Positions 6,682-15,228 of a stretch of DNA of 31,892 bases are shown here, piece after piece; within the stretch, counting starts at the first letter, position 1, and every line of letters starts with the position of its first letter. The position numbers and the translations under genes are program-made. The stretch covers positions 1 to 31,892 of the IMG/VR virus record IMGVR_UViG_3300010158_000214; one strand, given 5' to 3'. The notes below the pieces were generated by a model. The model ran no database searches, was not told the origin of the DNA, and saw nothing but the letters and a program-made list of their open reading frames with translations. This DNA comes from a virus. Its lineage: Duplodnaviria; Caudoviricetes.

Positions 6682-8832
6682 TCATTCCCGAGGCGTCGAG
6701 ATGTCGGAGAGGAAGTCCTCGCCGGAGATGTCGTCGCCCGTTGCGGGGGATTCGATCGGAGCCTCCGGAGAGGAAAGAATGTCGGCGACCGCCTCGGCGC
6801 CGTGGGCCTCGACTTGTTCAGCGAGGTCTCGGGCGCGGGCCCGGTCCTCCGGAGTCGTGGGAAGTCCGGCGGCCACGTCTTCGTTGTGCTTGAGCATTCG
6901 GGCGTGCTCGGCGGCGAACCCGGAGTGTCGCGCGTCCTGATCTCGATGCGCCGCGTTCTCGTGTTTCCGCTGGCGGCCCATCATGGCCCCGACGGCGTCG
7001 AGATTGTTCCGAGAAGGGCGGTCCCAGAATTGGCAGATCGCGGAAATCTTCATCGCGGAATCGCAGGCGACGAGATGGGTCGGCGCGATGGGATTGAGGA
7101 AGGCCAAAAACTTGGAACCCTCCGCCAACCGATGGCCGGATCCCCGGCGGGCGTCCAGGGCTTGAAAATGGATCGGATCGGGACCGAACTCCTCGGAATC
7201 AATCGTGATCATCCCGCGGCGAACCGTTACCTCTCGCCCGAGTTCTTCGGCCCGGTGACTGAGGAGGACCGGCAGTTGGTCGTGTCGAATCCGGGTCAAC
7301 TCGTGACGGGACCGATCGAACACTTGCCGGGGGGACATCTTCCGGAGTTGCCGAAACCGGCTCGGCTCCGAAGAGACAAGGGTAGTGATCGCCGCGCGCT
7401 GGACTTCGGTGTATGCCGCGAACTCGTCCTCGGAAATCCACTGCTGGTTGTCGGCGATTCTCCAAAACGTTTGGACGAAACCGCAACGCTCCCAGCCTTC
7501 CATCTCATGGTCGGTCCGGGTGGAGATCTGATCCAACAAGCGGAGGGCCGCCTCGTTGAATTGATCCCACGACAAAACGGGGAAACGAAGATCCGGCGCG
7601 CGGTCCGGGGAAAGGGTCGGGACGAGGGCGAGGATCTGCTTGTTGTACCGTTCGAGGCCGACGAGTTGTTCCGGGGAACGGTCGCGGCTTAACCCAACCT
7701 GTCCGGGAAGCTGCTGGAAGTAATTGTGGAGAAGACCAAAAAGGGATTCTCGGTGAGACTTGAAACGGAAATTGCCCCGACCGGTCCCCTCAAACATTCC
7801 GGCCATCTGTTCAACGCCCATGATCCCGGACACGGCGCGCCGCACGCGGCCCCCTGTCACTTGTTCGAGAGTCGAGAGGAACGAGCGATCGCGGACAGTG
7901 GCGGTCCCGTGTTCCCAGATGAGCTGGGTTCCCAAGTGGTCGGATCGGTAGCCGCAATTCATCATCGTATGAATCACGAACCAGAGGAAGTCCCGCTCGG
8001 TTAAGGTCTTCTTCTTGCTCGCCTCCTCATCCCAGAGGGTCGGCTTCCAAAACATCCCAACGTCACAAGCGGAGAGGACGTCGAGCGCAAAAAAACCGCG
8101 GGGCCGCATCGCTTGAGGTTGGCCCGGAAAGTTGACGCGGAGATCGAACTCGACGTCGTCGAATTGAAGGTACTCCCCAACGGAGACACCGAAGCGAGTC
8201 GTGAGAACCGCGGGCCGGAAATGAGAGGCGGCCCGCTGGCCCTGCCGGGCGCGCGTGAGGTCGGCGCGGTCGGGACTCATCCGCATGATGTTATCGCGGC
8301 CCCATCCGACAGGGTGAAGGCCGTGAGCGGCGGGCGGCGGGCAGATCGAGTAACCGGGGATGGCCGCTTTTGATTCTCCGGCGTTCCAACGGGCCCATCG
8401 GGAAAGGAGCGATCGGTAGGCTTGGCCGCCGTTGCGTTGGCATCGCTCGATCTCCGCCTTTACGAATTCGCGGAACGCGGGATTGGATGCGGCGGGGAGA
8501 TCCTCGACGTGTCCCGCGGATCGGTAGTGGGCGGGCCCCGCCTTCGCGCAATTGAGAAGCGCGCGCCAAGTTCCCGCGACTGAGAATTCCGACCACTGAG
8601 ACCGAAGCCGGGCCGGAGACCAACCGCGGATTCCACCCATGGATTGAGAGACGCGGATCGCTCCGTCCCGAACCGACCGCGCCGCGGAGATCGTCCGCAT
8701 CGCTTCCAGGCGCGCCAAGACGTCCCGCTGAACCTCGGCGGCGAGGGCGTGAAAATCCGAGCGATCGGACTCGGGGATCTCGAAACAAAGGACCCGAGCG
8801 GGGGCTGTGGAATTGTCGGTGGAAAGGACCAT
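6682..8832 (-). CDS. MuA-like DDE transposase
   Basis: YLQFDDVEFD..ALDVLS..WEHGT..GNFRFKSHRESLFGLLHN core, MSPRQVF, and C-terminal VTVRRGMI barrel; 716 aa. Confidence 0.9.
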   Translation of the reverse strand: MVLSTDNSTAPARVLCFEIPESDRSDFHALAAEVQRDVLARLEAMRTISAARSVRDGAIRVSQSMGGIRGWSPARLRSQWSEFSVAGTWRALLNCAKAGPAHYRSAGHVEDLPAASNPAFREFVKAEIERCQRNGGQAYRSLLSRWARWNAGESKAAIPGYSICPPPAAHGLHPVGWGRDNIMRMSPDRADLTRARQGQRAASHFRPAVLTTRFGVSVGEYLQFDDVEFDLRVNFPGQPQAMRPRGFFALDVLSACDVGMFWKPTLWDEEASKKKTLTERDFLWFVIHTMMNCGYRSDHLGTQLIWEHGTATVRDRSFLSTLEQVTGGRVRRAVSGIMGVEQMAGMFEGTGRGNFRFKSHRESLFGLLHNYFQQLPGQVGLSRDRSPEQLVGLERYNKQILALVPTLSPDRAPDLRFPVLSWDQFNEAALRLLDQISTRTDHEMEGWERCGFVQTFWRIADNQQWISEDEFAAYTEVQRAAITTLVSSEPSRFRQLRKMSPRQVFDRSRHELTRIRHDQLPVLLSHRAEELGREVTVRRGMITIDSEEFGPDPIHFQALDARRGSGHRLAEGSKFLAFLNPIAPTHLVACDSAMKISAICQFWDRPSRNNLDAVGAMMGRQRKHENAAHRDQDARHSGFAAEHARMLKHNEDVAAGLPTTPEDRARARDLAEQVEAHGAEAVADILSSPEAPIESPATGDDISGEDFLSDISTPRE

Positions 8833-8837
8833 AAGAT

Positions 8838-9506
8838 TCAGCGGGCGGATGTTTCCCGCTTGTGGGAGCGAACAACCTCCTTGAGGACGTCACCCAATCG
8901 GAGCCGGACTTCCTCGATTCTGGAAGCGAACGCGGGGTCGTGGTGAATCGCGTGGTTCAGGGTGTCCCCGTTCAATGCCAGATCGATTTCCCCGACCATG
9001 AGCGACCAGTGTTTGAACGCCGCCGCGTTCTTGGCGTTGACGCTCTCAACCGGGGAGAGGGACTTCGGCTTCACGGTTGGCCGCTTCTTGAGCGCGGAGT
9101 GTGTGGTGTTTTGCGCGGCGTTCCGGATCTTAGCGACCACGCTCTGCTCGGGCTCCGTGAGGTCCTCGAACCGCAGCTGGAGAACCTCATGGAGCGGTCG
9201 CTCCATCGCCCGAAGCTTTCGCCCTGACAGCCCGGCATCGTTCAACAAGCCCGCGCAAATCTTCCGCCAATTGAAAACCGCAGAGCGGGAAACCTCCGGG
9301 CAGTATTCGGCGAGCCAAGCGTTGAATTGACCGTGCGGAAGTTCGGCTTTGATGTGGTCGATGAAGGCGCCAAGGGTCGCGATGAGAACCAAGCTCTCGT
9401 GGGCCCCCGCAATCAAGGCGTTGAGCTTTTCGGCGACCGCTTTGTTGTTCCCCTTCGGGAGCGATGGGACGATAGAGGCGGAGGATTTAACGAGGGAGAG
9501 AGACAT
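8838..9506 (-). CDS. DUF3102-like protein
   Basis: LG..I..IKAELPHGQFNAWL..VSRSAVFNWRK motif; typical position upstream of transposase. Confidence 0.75.
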   Translation of the reverse strand: MSLSLVKSSASIVPSLPKGNNKAVAEKLNALIAGAHESLVLIATLGAFIDHIKAELPHGQFNAWLAEYCPEVSRSAVFNWRKICAGLLNDAGLSGRKLRAMERPLHEVLQLRFEDLTEPEQSVVAKIRNAAQNTTHSALKKRPTVKPKSLSPVESVNAKNAAAFKHWSLMVGEIDLALNGDTLNHAIHHDPAFASRIEEVRLRLGDVLKEVVRSHKRETSAR

Positions 9507-9520
9507 GATTCAAAAAGGGG

Positions 9521-9952
9521 TTAACGGATGAGACGACGCTCAAGGAAAGCGCGGAGGCTTGAGCGGGTGAGCCACCAGGAGTGGCCGACTTGCTCGCCGA
9601 AGATTTCCTCGTCACGGCGGAGACGTGAGAGGGTGATGCCGCTGAGGCGCCACCGAGATTCGAGGCTGGCCGCTCGGACCGTGTCCATGAGCGGGCTTCC
9701 GATCACGGACTCGATGACCTCGTTCGGCGTTGCCTTGCGGGCCGCTTCGGAATCGCGAAGCGATCGGATCCACACCCGGATCTCTTTTCTCCGGAGCGAT
9801 GAATAGGAGAGGTCGAAGGCCCATTGCTCGACCGCCCATTCGTTGACGTGATCAATGTGCCAACCCATCTCCGCGCCGACAGTGTCCAGGCTCACGAGGC
9901 TAACTTCGTGAGTCAGGGGAAGCCGGAAGGATTGCTGGAGGGCGGAGGACAT
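9521..9952 (-). CDS. Putative DNA-binding protein with tandem Xis/HTH_17-like modules
   Basis: VSLDTVGAEMGWHIDHVNEW and VRAASLESRWRLSGITLSRL...WWLTRSSLRAFLERR. Confidence 0.55.
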   Translation of the reverse strand: MSSALQQSFRLPLTHEVSLVSLDTVGAEMGWHIDHVNEWAVEQWAFDLSYSSLRRKEIRVWIRSLRDSEAARKATPNEVIESVIGSPLMDTVRAASLESRWRLSGITLSRLRRDEEIFGEQVGHSWWLTRSSLRAFLERRLIR

Positions 9953-10188
9953 TGGGAAAGTGAAAGAGTGATCCGAAGGCGGGTCAGTCTGCGTTCCGAG
10001 CGAACGGAAACGATCTTGAGTGCTGCGTCGGGGTGGACTTGCTGGAGTCGCTCGACAACCAGAGTCCGAACGAATGAGCCGAAGCTTTGGTCGGCCGCGG
10101 ACGCAAGGCGTCCGATGACTTCGCGTTCCTCATTCAGCCAATTGATCGGAACGTTTGCGGTCCCGCTTCCTAGTCGGTTCGTCGGCAT
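9913..10188 (-). CDS. Ribbon-helix-helix protein
   Basis: NVPINW strand, EEREVIGRLASAADQ helix, SFGSFVRTLV helix. Confidence 0.65.
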   Translation of the reverse strand: MPTNRLGSGTANVPINWLNEEREVIGRLASAADQSFGSFVRTLVVERLQQVHPDAALKIVSVRSERRLTRLRITLSLSQCPPPSSNPSGFP

Positions 10189-10318
10189 GGGGTTTTGTTT
10201 TCAGGTCGCGCTCCAAGAGGCGGGAGACGTGTTTTGAAAAACTGCGACCGTCCTCCTTCGCAGCAGTCTTCCCTTTCGCCAAAACCTCGTCCGGAACGTG
10301 GATTGTTGTGATCGCCAT
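10130..10318 (-). CDS. Ribbon-helix-helix regulator (first early gene, Ner/Cro-equivalent position)
   Basis: MAITTIHVPDEVLAKGKTAAKEDGRSFSKHVSRLLERDL; ATG at 10318. Confidence 0.8.
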   Translation of the reverse strand: MAITTIHVPDEVLAKGKTAAKEDGRSFSKHVSRLLERDLKTKPHADEPTRKRDRKRSDQLAE

Positions 10319-10320
10319 CG

Positions 10321-10350
10321 TCTTATTAAGTTCTAATAAGTCTTGATAAG
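10321..10350. promoter_or_regulatory. Operator-like array in divergent promoter region
   Basis: TCTTATTAAG TTCTAATAAG TCTTGATAAG: three abutting AT-rich 10-mers, quasi-palindromic CTT-N3-AAG. Confidence 0.7.
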
Positions 10351-10399
10351 AGTCAACCGAAACTTGCGGATCCGTTTTTGGGGGCGATAGAAAGGGCCT

Positions 10400-10864
10400 G
10401 TGGCCAAGCCGCGGTACACAAACACAAGCCTCAGTTTCACCGACGACGATCTCCTCGCTCGTGGGAAGGCAAGGGCTTTGAGTATGGGGATCAGTTTCTC
10501 GAAGTACGTCTCGCTCCTGATCGAGAAAGATTTCCAGGAGCGGAAGGAAGTGGGGTCGCTTGCGGACTTGGTGCGACCGATCCGAAGCGCCGGGGCCGCG
10601 CAAATCCCTAGTTCGGAATCGTTGCTCGGGAGTTCCCCGGTCAATTCCGAGGGGAAGCGGGAAGCGCTGGCGAAGCTTGGTGTTCTTGCCGCAGGCATTC
10701 AGCCGCGCGCAAAAGGAGAATCTTCGCCTCAAGTTGAGTCGCCCAGCGTGAGTAAAGCCGAGCGACCGCATCCAATTCACAAAGAGAAAGGGATCGGGTC
10801 GATCGCTCAAGCGCCGGCTCCAAAACAATCAGCGATGAGCAAACCAAAACCTTCCCCTCCTTAG
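10400..10864 (+). CDS. Ribbon-helix-helix regulator (repressor position) with low-complexity C-terminal tail
   Basis: TNTSLSFTDDDLLARGKARALSMGISFSKYVSLLIEKD; divergent from early operon; GTG start. Confidence 0.8.
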   Translation: MAKPRYTNTSLSFTDDDLLARGKARALSMGISFSKYVSLLIEKDFQERKEVGSLADLVRPIRSAGAAQIPSSESLLGSSPVNSEGKREALAKLGVLAAGIQPRAKGESSPQVESPSVSKAERPHPIHKEKGIGSIAQAPAPKQSAMSKPKPSPP

Positions 10865-10916
10865 ACATCCACAAGTGTCGTCAGAAAATGGGAAGAAAGT
10901 CGATAGCGAAGCCGGG

Positions 10917-10942
10917 CAAATGTCCACCTAGGTGGACATTTG
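10917..10942. promoter_or_regulatory. Perfect 26-bp palindrome
   Basis: CAAATGTCCACCT|AGGTGGACATTTG, just upstream of a GGGAGG RBS and ATG 10958. Confidence 0.75.
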
Positions 10943-10957
10943 AAAAGGGAGGTCAAA

Positions 10958-11371
10958 ATGAATCTAAATTGTGCGAACTGTCGGGTCGGGCTTGAGGTCG
11001 AGGAGTCGGCGGCCGCGGAGCCTTTCAACTGTCCGTCCTGTGGGGAATTCAACGACGCCCCGATGTCGGCGCGCGCGCCGTCCGGGGTGAGACTCTCGAA
11101 CGGATCCGGAATGAGGGGTGGCGCGCCGGCGGGCCCATCTCGTCGGGGGAGCGGAGGAAACGTCGGCGCCGCGATCGCGTCGTTCGTCATTCCGGGGCTT
11201 GGTCAATTGAGCCAAGGAAGGTTGACGCCGGCGCTATTCCTTTTCCTCTTGGCGCTGTGCTTCGGAATCGTTGGGGGAATGTTTCTTAGTTTCCCGATGA
11301 TCATCATCCCCTCCGGGGTCGTGGCACTCGGCGCCGCGGCGGAGGCGGCGGTGTGGGACGGTATCGGGTAG
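10958..11371 (+). CDS. Zinc-ribbon membrane protein (TM2-like C-terminus), candidate superinfection exclusion
   Basis: CANC...CPSC, Gly-rich linker, AAIASFVIPGLGQL..G and further TM helices; strong SD. Confidence 0.75.
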   Translation: MNLNCANCRVGLEVEESAAAEPFNCPSCGEFNDAPMSARAPSGVRLSNGSGMRGGAPAGPSRRGSGGNVGAAIASFVIPGLGQLSQGRLTPALFLFLLALCFGIVGGMFLSFPMIIIPSGVVALGAAAEAAVWDGIG

Positions 11372-11521
11372 GCCAAGGGGCGGCTCAACCAGGAGGCGAA
11401 GGTTTTCCGTCCCGCAATTATTGTATGGACAACAACGCGCCCGCGTGGGATTGTCTCCCCGTCGATCGAATTACGAGCGACCCCCCCCGAGGGTTTCGGG
11501 AAGCGACAAAACGCAGCACCA

Positions 11522-11782
11522 ATGAAAACGAAGTCCGTCAAACTCGTCCCGATCGCCCTCCTCCCCTACTTCAAGGAACCCTGTTATCGGCTTCCGCTTG
11601 AGCTAATCGACCAAGAGGCCGGCAACGTTCACAAATTCGCCAAGCAAAACGGGTACGCCTCGATTCGATCCATGATCGATTCGGTGGACGGTTGGCAGGA
11701 TGAGCTCGCCTCGATCCTGGACATTGTCGCCCCCGACGCATTGAAGGCCACGAACGCTCTCCGCCATTCGGCCACCCGCTAA
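11522..11782 (+). CDS. Hypothetical protein
   Basis: ATG after an A/C-rich leader, 86 aa. Confidence 0.65.
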   Translation: MKTKSVKLVPIALLPYFKEPCYRLPLELIDQEAGNVHKFAKQNGYASIRSMIDSVDGWQDELASILDIVAPDALKATNALRHSATR

Positions 11783-11802
11783 CTCCCCCAAAAAAACACC
11801 CC

Positions 11803-12078
11803 ATGACAACGATCTCCCATTACACCCCCGCCCAAGTCGAGCGCCTAATTGCCAAGCGTTCCATCGCTCAACGCCGCGAGGCGCGCGCCGTCGCCCGGTT
11901 GCTAGTCTTCAAGGCGGACGTTTACGGGCCGGCGGGCCGGATCTTCTCGTTCCAAGGGAAATGGAAAGCCAAAGGCGATTCGCTCTCATTCACCCAAAAA
12001 GGCGTCGAAACGATTTACCGGATCTCCGAACTCTCAGACGGCCACGGTCGCGGAATCACCAGCGACTCTTCCTATTGA
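11803..12078 (+). CDS. Hypothetical protein
   Basis: ATG after AAAAAAACACCCC, 91 aa. Confidence 0.65.
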   Translation: MTTISHYTPAQVERLIAKRSIAQRREARAVARLLVFKADVYGPAGRIFSFQGKWKAKGDSLSFTQKGVETIYRISELSDGHGRGITSDSSY

Positions 12079-12115
12079 TCCGACCGCCAACCCCAACAAC
12101 GAACCCCTGAAAAAA

Positions 12116-12373
12116 ATGACCCCAACAACCTCCCCCTCACCCTCCGCTCCTAAGCCCTACAAGATCCGACGGAACGACGCCGGCGAACGGTTCGTCCTGA
12201 TCGGTTCGGAGCTCATCCCGGCGGACATTGCCGGCCTCTGCGCTGGGAAGGACTTCTGGATCTCTCAAATCAAATGCAAATGCCGCCGTTGCGGCGAACT
12301 CTTCCCGCTCCGGGAATTGGCCGGCGGCGGGCAATGGTGCGAACCCTGTCAGACCGCCGACATGGAAGAGTGA
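12116..12373 (+). CDS. Small Zn-finger protein
   Basis: CRRCGELFP...WCEPCQ. Confidence 0.65.
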   Translation: MTPTTSPSPSAPKPYKIRRNDAGERFVLIGSELIPADIAGLCAGKDFWISQIKCKCRRCGELFPLRELAGGGQWCEPCQTADMEE

Positions 12374-12440
12374 CCAGCGATCCCGCGGGCGGCCCCCGTG
12401 GCCGCCCGCGTGGTCGCCGATCATCAAACCAAACCCAAGA

Positions 12441-12737
12441 ATGAAAAACCCCCGCAAGAAAAAGGCGCCGCTCCTCGAAGTGGTTGAGCAAGCGTGGGAC
12501 GTCGCCGGAGTGTCCACGCCCTTTCCCGTTCCGGAAATCGGGAGCAAGATCACCCTTCATTTGACGAGGCCGGCGCCGAACCCACCAGGGCGTCCACCGT
12601 CGAAGGATCCGGCAGACCACGACATCAACCTGAGAGTCACCCGCGACCGGAAAAACCGGTACGTCAAGACCGCGCAGAAAAACGGGCAATCGCTTTCCGC
12701 GTGGATCCAGGAAGTGTGCGACGCGGCCTCACAATAG
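12441..12737 (+). CDS. Ribbon-helix-helix protein
   Basis: GRPP..DINLRVTRDRKNRYVKTAQKNGQSLSAWIQEVCD; ATG at 12441. Confidence 0.75.
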   Translation: MKNPRKKKAPLLEVVEQAWDVAGVSTPFPVPEIGSKITLHLTRPAPNPPGRPPSKDPADHDINLRVTRDRKNRYVKTAQKNGQSLSAWIQEVCDAASQ

Positions 12738-12746
12738 ACCAAGCCC

Positions 12747-13049
12747 ATGGAACGGGAACCGATTGGACTACGCGACCGGGACGGGCGTGAGATCTGCGAG
12801 GGCGACATTGTGGAGTTCACCGTCGAGTATGGCTTCGGACGAAACCCAGCTCCGAGTTACGACACGGAAAGCGGAACCCGAATGGTTGATACCGTAAAAC
12901 TGGTGGAGGGTGTTCCTTGCTTTTGGGACGAGGACTTGAACACTGGATCGCTCGCAAACCGACACGCGAAGCACTGCCGGGTGATCGGGAACATCCACGA
13001 CGCTGCGAAATTTAACGGGACCGAAGAGGCCCCAAGAACTGAGACATGA
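12747..13049 (+). CDS. YopX-like protein (C-terminal domain only)
   Basis: GLRDRDGREICEGDIV...VIGNIHD signature. Confidence 0.8.
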   Translation: MEREPIGLRDRDGREICEGDIVEFTVEYGFGRNPAPSYDTESGTRMVDTVKLVEGVPCFWDEDLNTGSLANRHAKHCRVIGNIHDAAKFNGTEEAPRTET

Positions 13050-13288
13050 AGACAGCGAAGAACAAGACAGCGCGCAAGCTCTGGAAGCTTGCCCCGGTCC
13101 CACAAAGGCCCGCCGGGCGCGATCCTTGGGCGAGCCCATGGGAACGGGTTCACGGCATGGTTGTTTGCGCGATCACTGAAGGGGGCGCCCGATCTATCGC
13201 CCAACAGAACGAGGGCTACGAATACGGCGCCGGATTGAACACCCCGAAGGCCTCGTGCTCCGAGACTATCAGGGCGGCGGATAGTTGA
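13046..13288 (+). CDS. Hypothetical protein
   Basis: ATGA-coupled, 80 aa. Confidence 0.55.
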   Translation: MKTAKNKTARKLWKLAPVPQRPAGRDPWASPWERVHGMVVCAITEGGARSIAQQNEGYEYGAGLNTPKASCSETIRAADS

Positions 13289-13330
13289 CGCCTCGACCGA
13301 TTCCTGATCTCTTTTCCCCGGCCCTGAAGC

Positions 13331-13356
13331 AGCCCTGCTTCGGGGCTTTTTGTTTT
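13331..13356 (+). terminator. Rho-independent terminator
   Basis: AGCCCTG-CTT-CGGGGCT followed by TTTTGTTTT; closes the accessory block. Confidence 0.8.
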
Positions 13357-13486
13357 CCCGAACCCGATCCCCTCGGGCGCGGAAAACGTCCCGGCTCCGA
13401 GGACCCGGAATTCAAACCGCGGTTGGGTTTCACTGGCGGAGCGTTACGGGAACTTCAACACCCGATAAACCCGCCCTGAACATCCA

Positions 13487-13927
13487 ATGAAAATCCCCCG
13501 CCTCCTCGCCGTCGCCATCAGCCTTTGCGCCTTTGTCCTCGCGGCCGCCTTTGCCGGTCCCGTCCTGGCCGCGGTTCCTCTCCTCGGGGCGGTGTCCCCT
13601 TTGGACTCCGGCGGCCCGGTCGCAATCGCTTTGCCCCCGGTATCGAATCCGTGGTTGGCCCTGATCCCGTTTGCGATCCCCTTGATCGTCTCCGCCTTGA
13701 AATCCGCGGTCCCGAGAATTGGGAAACACTGGCTCCCCGTAATTGCGGCGAGCCTTGGGTTAGCTCTCGCCCTCCTCGACAACTACACCGGGTGCCTTGG
13801 CGGAAATCCGCAGGCGGTCGCGTTCCTCGGTCTCGCGGGAACTGGCGTCCGAGAGGTTGTTGACCAGATGAAGCAGCGACTCGCCGCCGAAGGGGATCAA
13901 TCGACAACCCCGGCGAACAAGGTCTGA
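13487..13927 (+). CDS. Holin-like membrane protein
   Basis: Several TM segments, WLPVIAASLG and GLAGTGVREVVDQ, charged tail; first late gene. Confidence 0.55.
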   Translation: MKIPRLLAVAISLCAFVLAAAFAGPVLAAVPLLGAVSPLDSGGPVAIALPPVSNPWLALIPFAIPLIVSALKSAVPRIGKHWLPVIAASLGLALALLDNYTGCLGGNPQAVAFLGLAGTGVREVVDQMKQRLAAEGDQSTTPANKV

Positions 13928-13959
13928 CCCCGTTTCCCAATCCCCAACCGTACCAAGCT

Positions 13960-14403
13960 ATGCCCCTCAAAAACCTTCTCGCGATTCTCGCCGCCCTGTT
14001 TGCGCTGGTCGCTCTTGCCTCGGGATGCGCCTCCCGAGTCAACAACGGGAACATCACGAGCGTCACCAGTTCGTGCATCGGTCTCGACCTCTCCCAGGAT
14101 CCGACCGCACCGGCCCCCCATATCCGGATCGGGTTCATCAGGACCCAGTTTCATGTCGTGCCCACGGGTAGCAACGTGTTCGCGCCGGCGGTGATCTCGT
14201 CGATCGCCTTGGACTCCTCGTGGAACGCGAACGCGATCGAGGAAGATTTCGCCACGGGCGGAGCGACTCGCGACCTCGCGGGAGGAAACAGCCCGGCGAA
14301 AATCTCCGCGGCTCATCGCCTTCACGGCCCGAAGGGAACGAACGCCGCGACGACTCTTTCGACGACGAACACGATCCCCGACGGCATCACCCCGACGAAG
14401 TAG
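13960..14403 (+). CDS. Lipoprotein (possible spanin component)
   Basis: Signal peptide II with lipobox LASG-C23; lysis-cassette position. Confidence 0.7.
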   Translation: MPLKNLLAILAALFALVALASGCASRVNNGNITSVTSSCIGLDLSQDPTAPAPHIRIGFIRTQFHVVPTGSNVFAPAVISSIALDSSWNANAIEEDFATGGATRDLAGGNSPAKISAAHRLHGPKGTNAATTLSTTNTIPDGITPTK

Positions 14404-14437
14404 GAACGAGCGGTCCCGATTCCCTTAACGCCAACGC

Positions 14438-15205
14438 ATGAACGCATCCCCTCAATCGAGCGGCCGCCTTCAATTGGAGAGTTACACCGACGGGAGGGTG
14501 TCTCTGATTCATGGCGAAGCGATCGAAACGCTCCGCGGGATGCCGTCCAATTCGGTGGATATGGTGATGACGGACCCGCCGTATTCGAGCGGCGGAATGA
14601 TGAGGGGCGACCGGGCGAACGCGACATGCCGGGTCAAATACCAACAAACCGGAAGCGGCGCGCATTACTCCGAGTTCAGTGGAGACAACCGGGACCAGCG
14701 ATCCTTTGTTGTGTGGTCCTCCATTTGGATGGGGGAGGCCCGCCGAGTGATGAAGCCGGGTGGGCTCATCGCGTGCTTTACCGATTGGCGCCAATTGCCG
14801 GCGACAACGGATTCGATGCAGGTTGCGGGCCTCGTTTGGCGCGGGCTCATCCCATGGGTCAAAACCGGATTCCGGCCATGCAAAGGACGGTGGGGAAACC
14901 AAGCCGAGTACCTCGTGTGGGGAACGAACGGTCCGCGGAAACTCGACGGCCCGTGCTTTCCGGGGGCGTACAAGTTCGCGACGCCTCGGGATCGCATCCA
15001 CATGACCCAAAAACCGCTCGACCTCATGACCGAGCTTTGCCGGGTCGCCCATGGCCCGGAAGCGGTGATCCTGGATCCGTTCATGGGGAGCGGGACAACG
15101 ATCGAGGCGGCGATGGCACTCGGGAAGCGCGCAACCGGGATCGAGTCGGATCCGGAAATCTTCAAGACAGCGGTCGGGCGGATCTCGCCTTTGTCGAGTC
15201 GTTGA
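14438..15205 (+). CDS. DNA N6-adenine/N4-cytosine methyltransferase (beta class)
   Basis: TDPPY, HMTQKP and ILDPFMGSGTT motifs. Confidence 0.95.
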   Translation: MNASPQSSGRLQLESYTDGRVSLIHGEAIETLRGMPSNSVDMVMTDPPYSSGGMMRGDRANATCRVKYQQTGSGAHYSEFSGDNRDQRSFVVWSSIWMGEARRVMKPGGLIACFTDWRQLPATTDSMQVAGLVWRGLIPWVKTGFRPCKGRWGNQAEYLVWGTNGPRKLDGPCFPGAYKFATPRDRIHMTQKPLDLMTELCRVAHGPEAVILDPFMGSGTTIEAAMALGKRATGIESDPEIFKTAVGRISPLSSR

Positions 15206-15228
15206 GAACGTACCTTTTCACACTCGCC

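Noticed and set aside
5633-7692. Long plus-strand ORFs (435 and 340 aa) antisense to MuB/MuA
   Set aside because: Shadow ORFs of GC-rich genes with no motifs.
14626-15228. Long upstream extension of the gp25-like ORF
   Set aside because: Out-of-frame overlap with the MTase; a high-GC artefact. The same applies to the extensions called at 889, 1977, 5221, 10828, 12228, 29380 and 31069.
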